Below, one piece after another: positions 31,880 to 32,000 of a stretch of DNA of 32,000 bases (its first letter is position 1; each line of letters starts with the position of its first letter). Location of the stretch: the sequence record OZ371831.1; one strand, given 5' to 3'. The position numbers and the translations under genes are program-made. The notes below the pieces were generated by a model, which saw only the letters and a program-made list of their open reading frames with translations, had not been told where the DNA came from and ran no database searches.

Positions 31880-32000
31880 ATGCAAAATTCTTTCAGCTTA
31901 GGGTTACTCCATGGAGCACTCTATGGAATTACCCCACTCACTCCATGGTTTATTGGACTCAAACGTTATGTATTTGAAGGACAAGCAAAAGGTCTTTTAA
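31880..32000 (+). CDS. ycf1: 5' end (40 codons, runs off the window) of a probable ycf1 / Tic214-like ORF
   Basis: The ATG at 31880 opens MQNSFSLGLLHGALYGITPLTPWFIGLKRYVFEGQAKGLL. The pattern GL..G.L.G..P......L.R...EG..KG resembles the conserved Ycf1 N-terminus (land-plant [32 protein letters not shown], quoted from memory). ycf1 often neighbours rpl32. The fragment is short, so this is tentative. Confidence 0.45.
   Translation, partial: MQNSFSLGLLHGALYGITPLTPWFIGLKRYVFEGQAKGLL

Overview
This window is a contiguous piece of a green-lineage algal plastid (chloroplast) genome, not a bacterial accessory region. By eye it holds 25 complete protein genes and one 5'-truncated one, the 16S rRNA with the intronless trnI-trnA spacer tRNAs of an rrn operon (23S lies beyond the left edge), and 8 further tRNAs. 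In order: trnA, trnI, rrs, psbC, psbD, trnR(ACG), rps2, rpoC2, rpoC1, rpoB (all minus strand), trnC (+), tufA, rps7, rps12, rps18, trnE, trnL(UAG), ycf3 (minus), rps4 (+), psbN (-), psbH (+), trnR(UCU), trnT (-), trnN (+), a 1486-aa Ycf2/FtsH-like ORF, psbE-F-L-J, petB, trnK, psaC, atpB, atpE (+), clpP (-), rpl32 (+), and the start of a probable ycf1. Three things point to a chlorophyte-type plastid (primary, or a green-derived secondary one) rather than a land plant or red-lineage plastid: tufA and the PEP rpo genes are present, ycf1- and ycf2-like ORFs are present, and I see no introns (trnI, trnA, trnK, petB, ycf3, clpP and rps12 are all uninterrupted). I cannot assign the species without a database search. 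I found no CRISPR array, transposon, integrase, toxin-antitoxin pair or defence-like cassette, and nearly all coding capacity is explained by canonical plastid genes. The least understood element is the giant AAA+ ORF at 21331-25791. It has degenerate Walker motifs, no protease motif, about 990 aa of unassignable N-terminal sequence and an internal Asp/Leu tract built from degenerate tandem codon repeats. Other points worth a look: rps18 abuts rps12-rps7-tufA, the psbE-psbF and atpB-atpE spacers are unusually long and structured, inverted repeats follow most transcription units, several sigma70-type promoter candidates are present, rpoC1 and rpoC2 overlap and carry insertions, and both tRNA-Arg genes have a G1-U72 acceptor top pair. 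All coordinates come from manual reading. RNA ends are good to a few nt, and promoter and hairpin functions are inferences.
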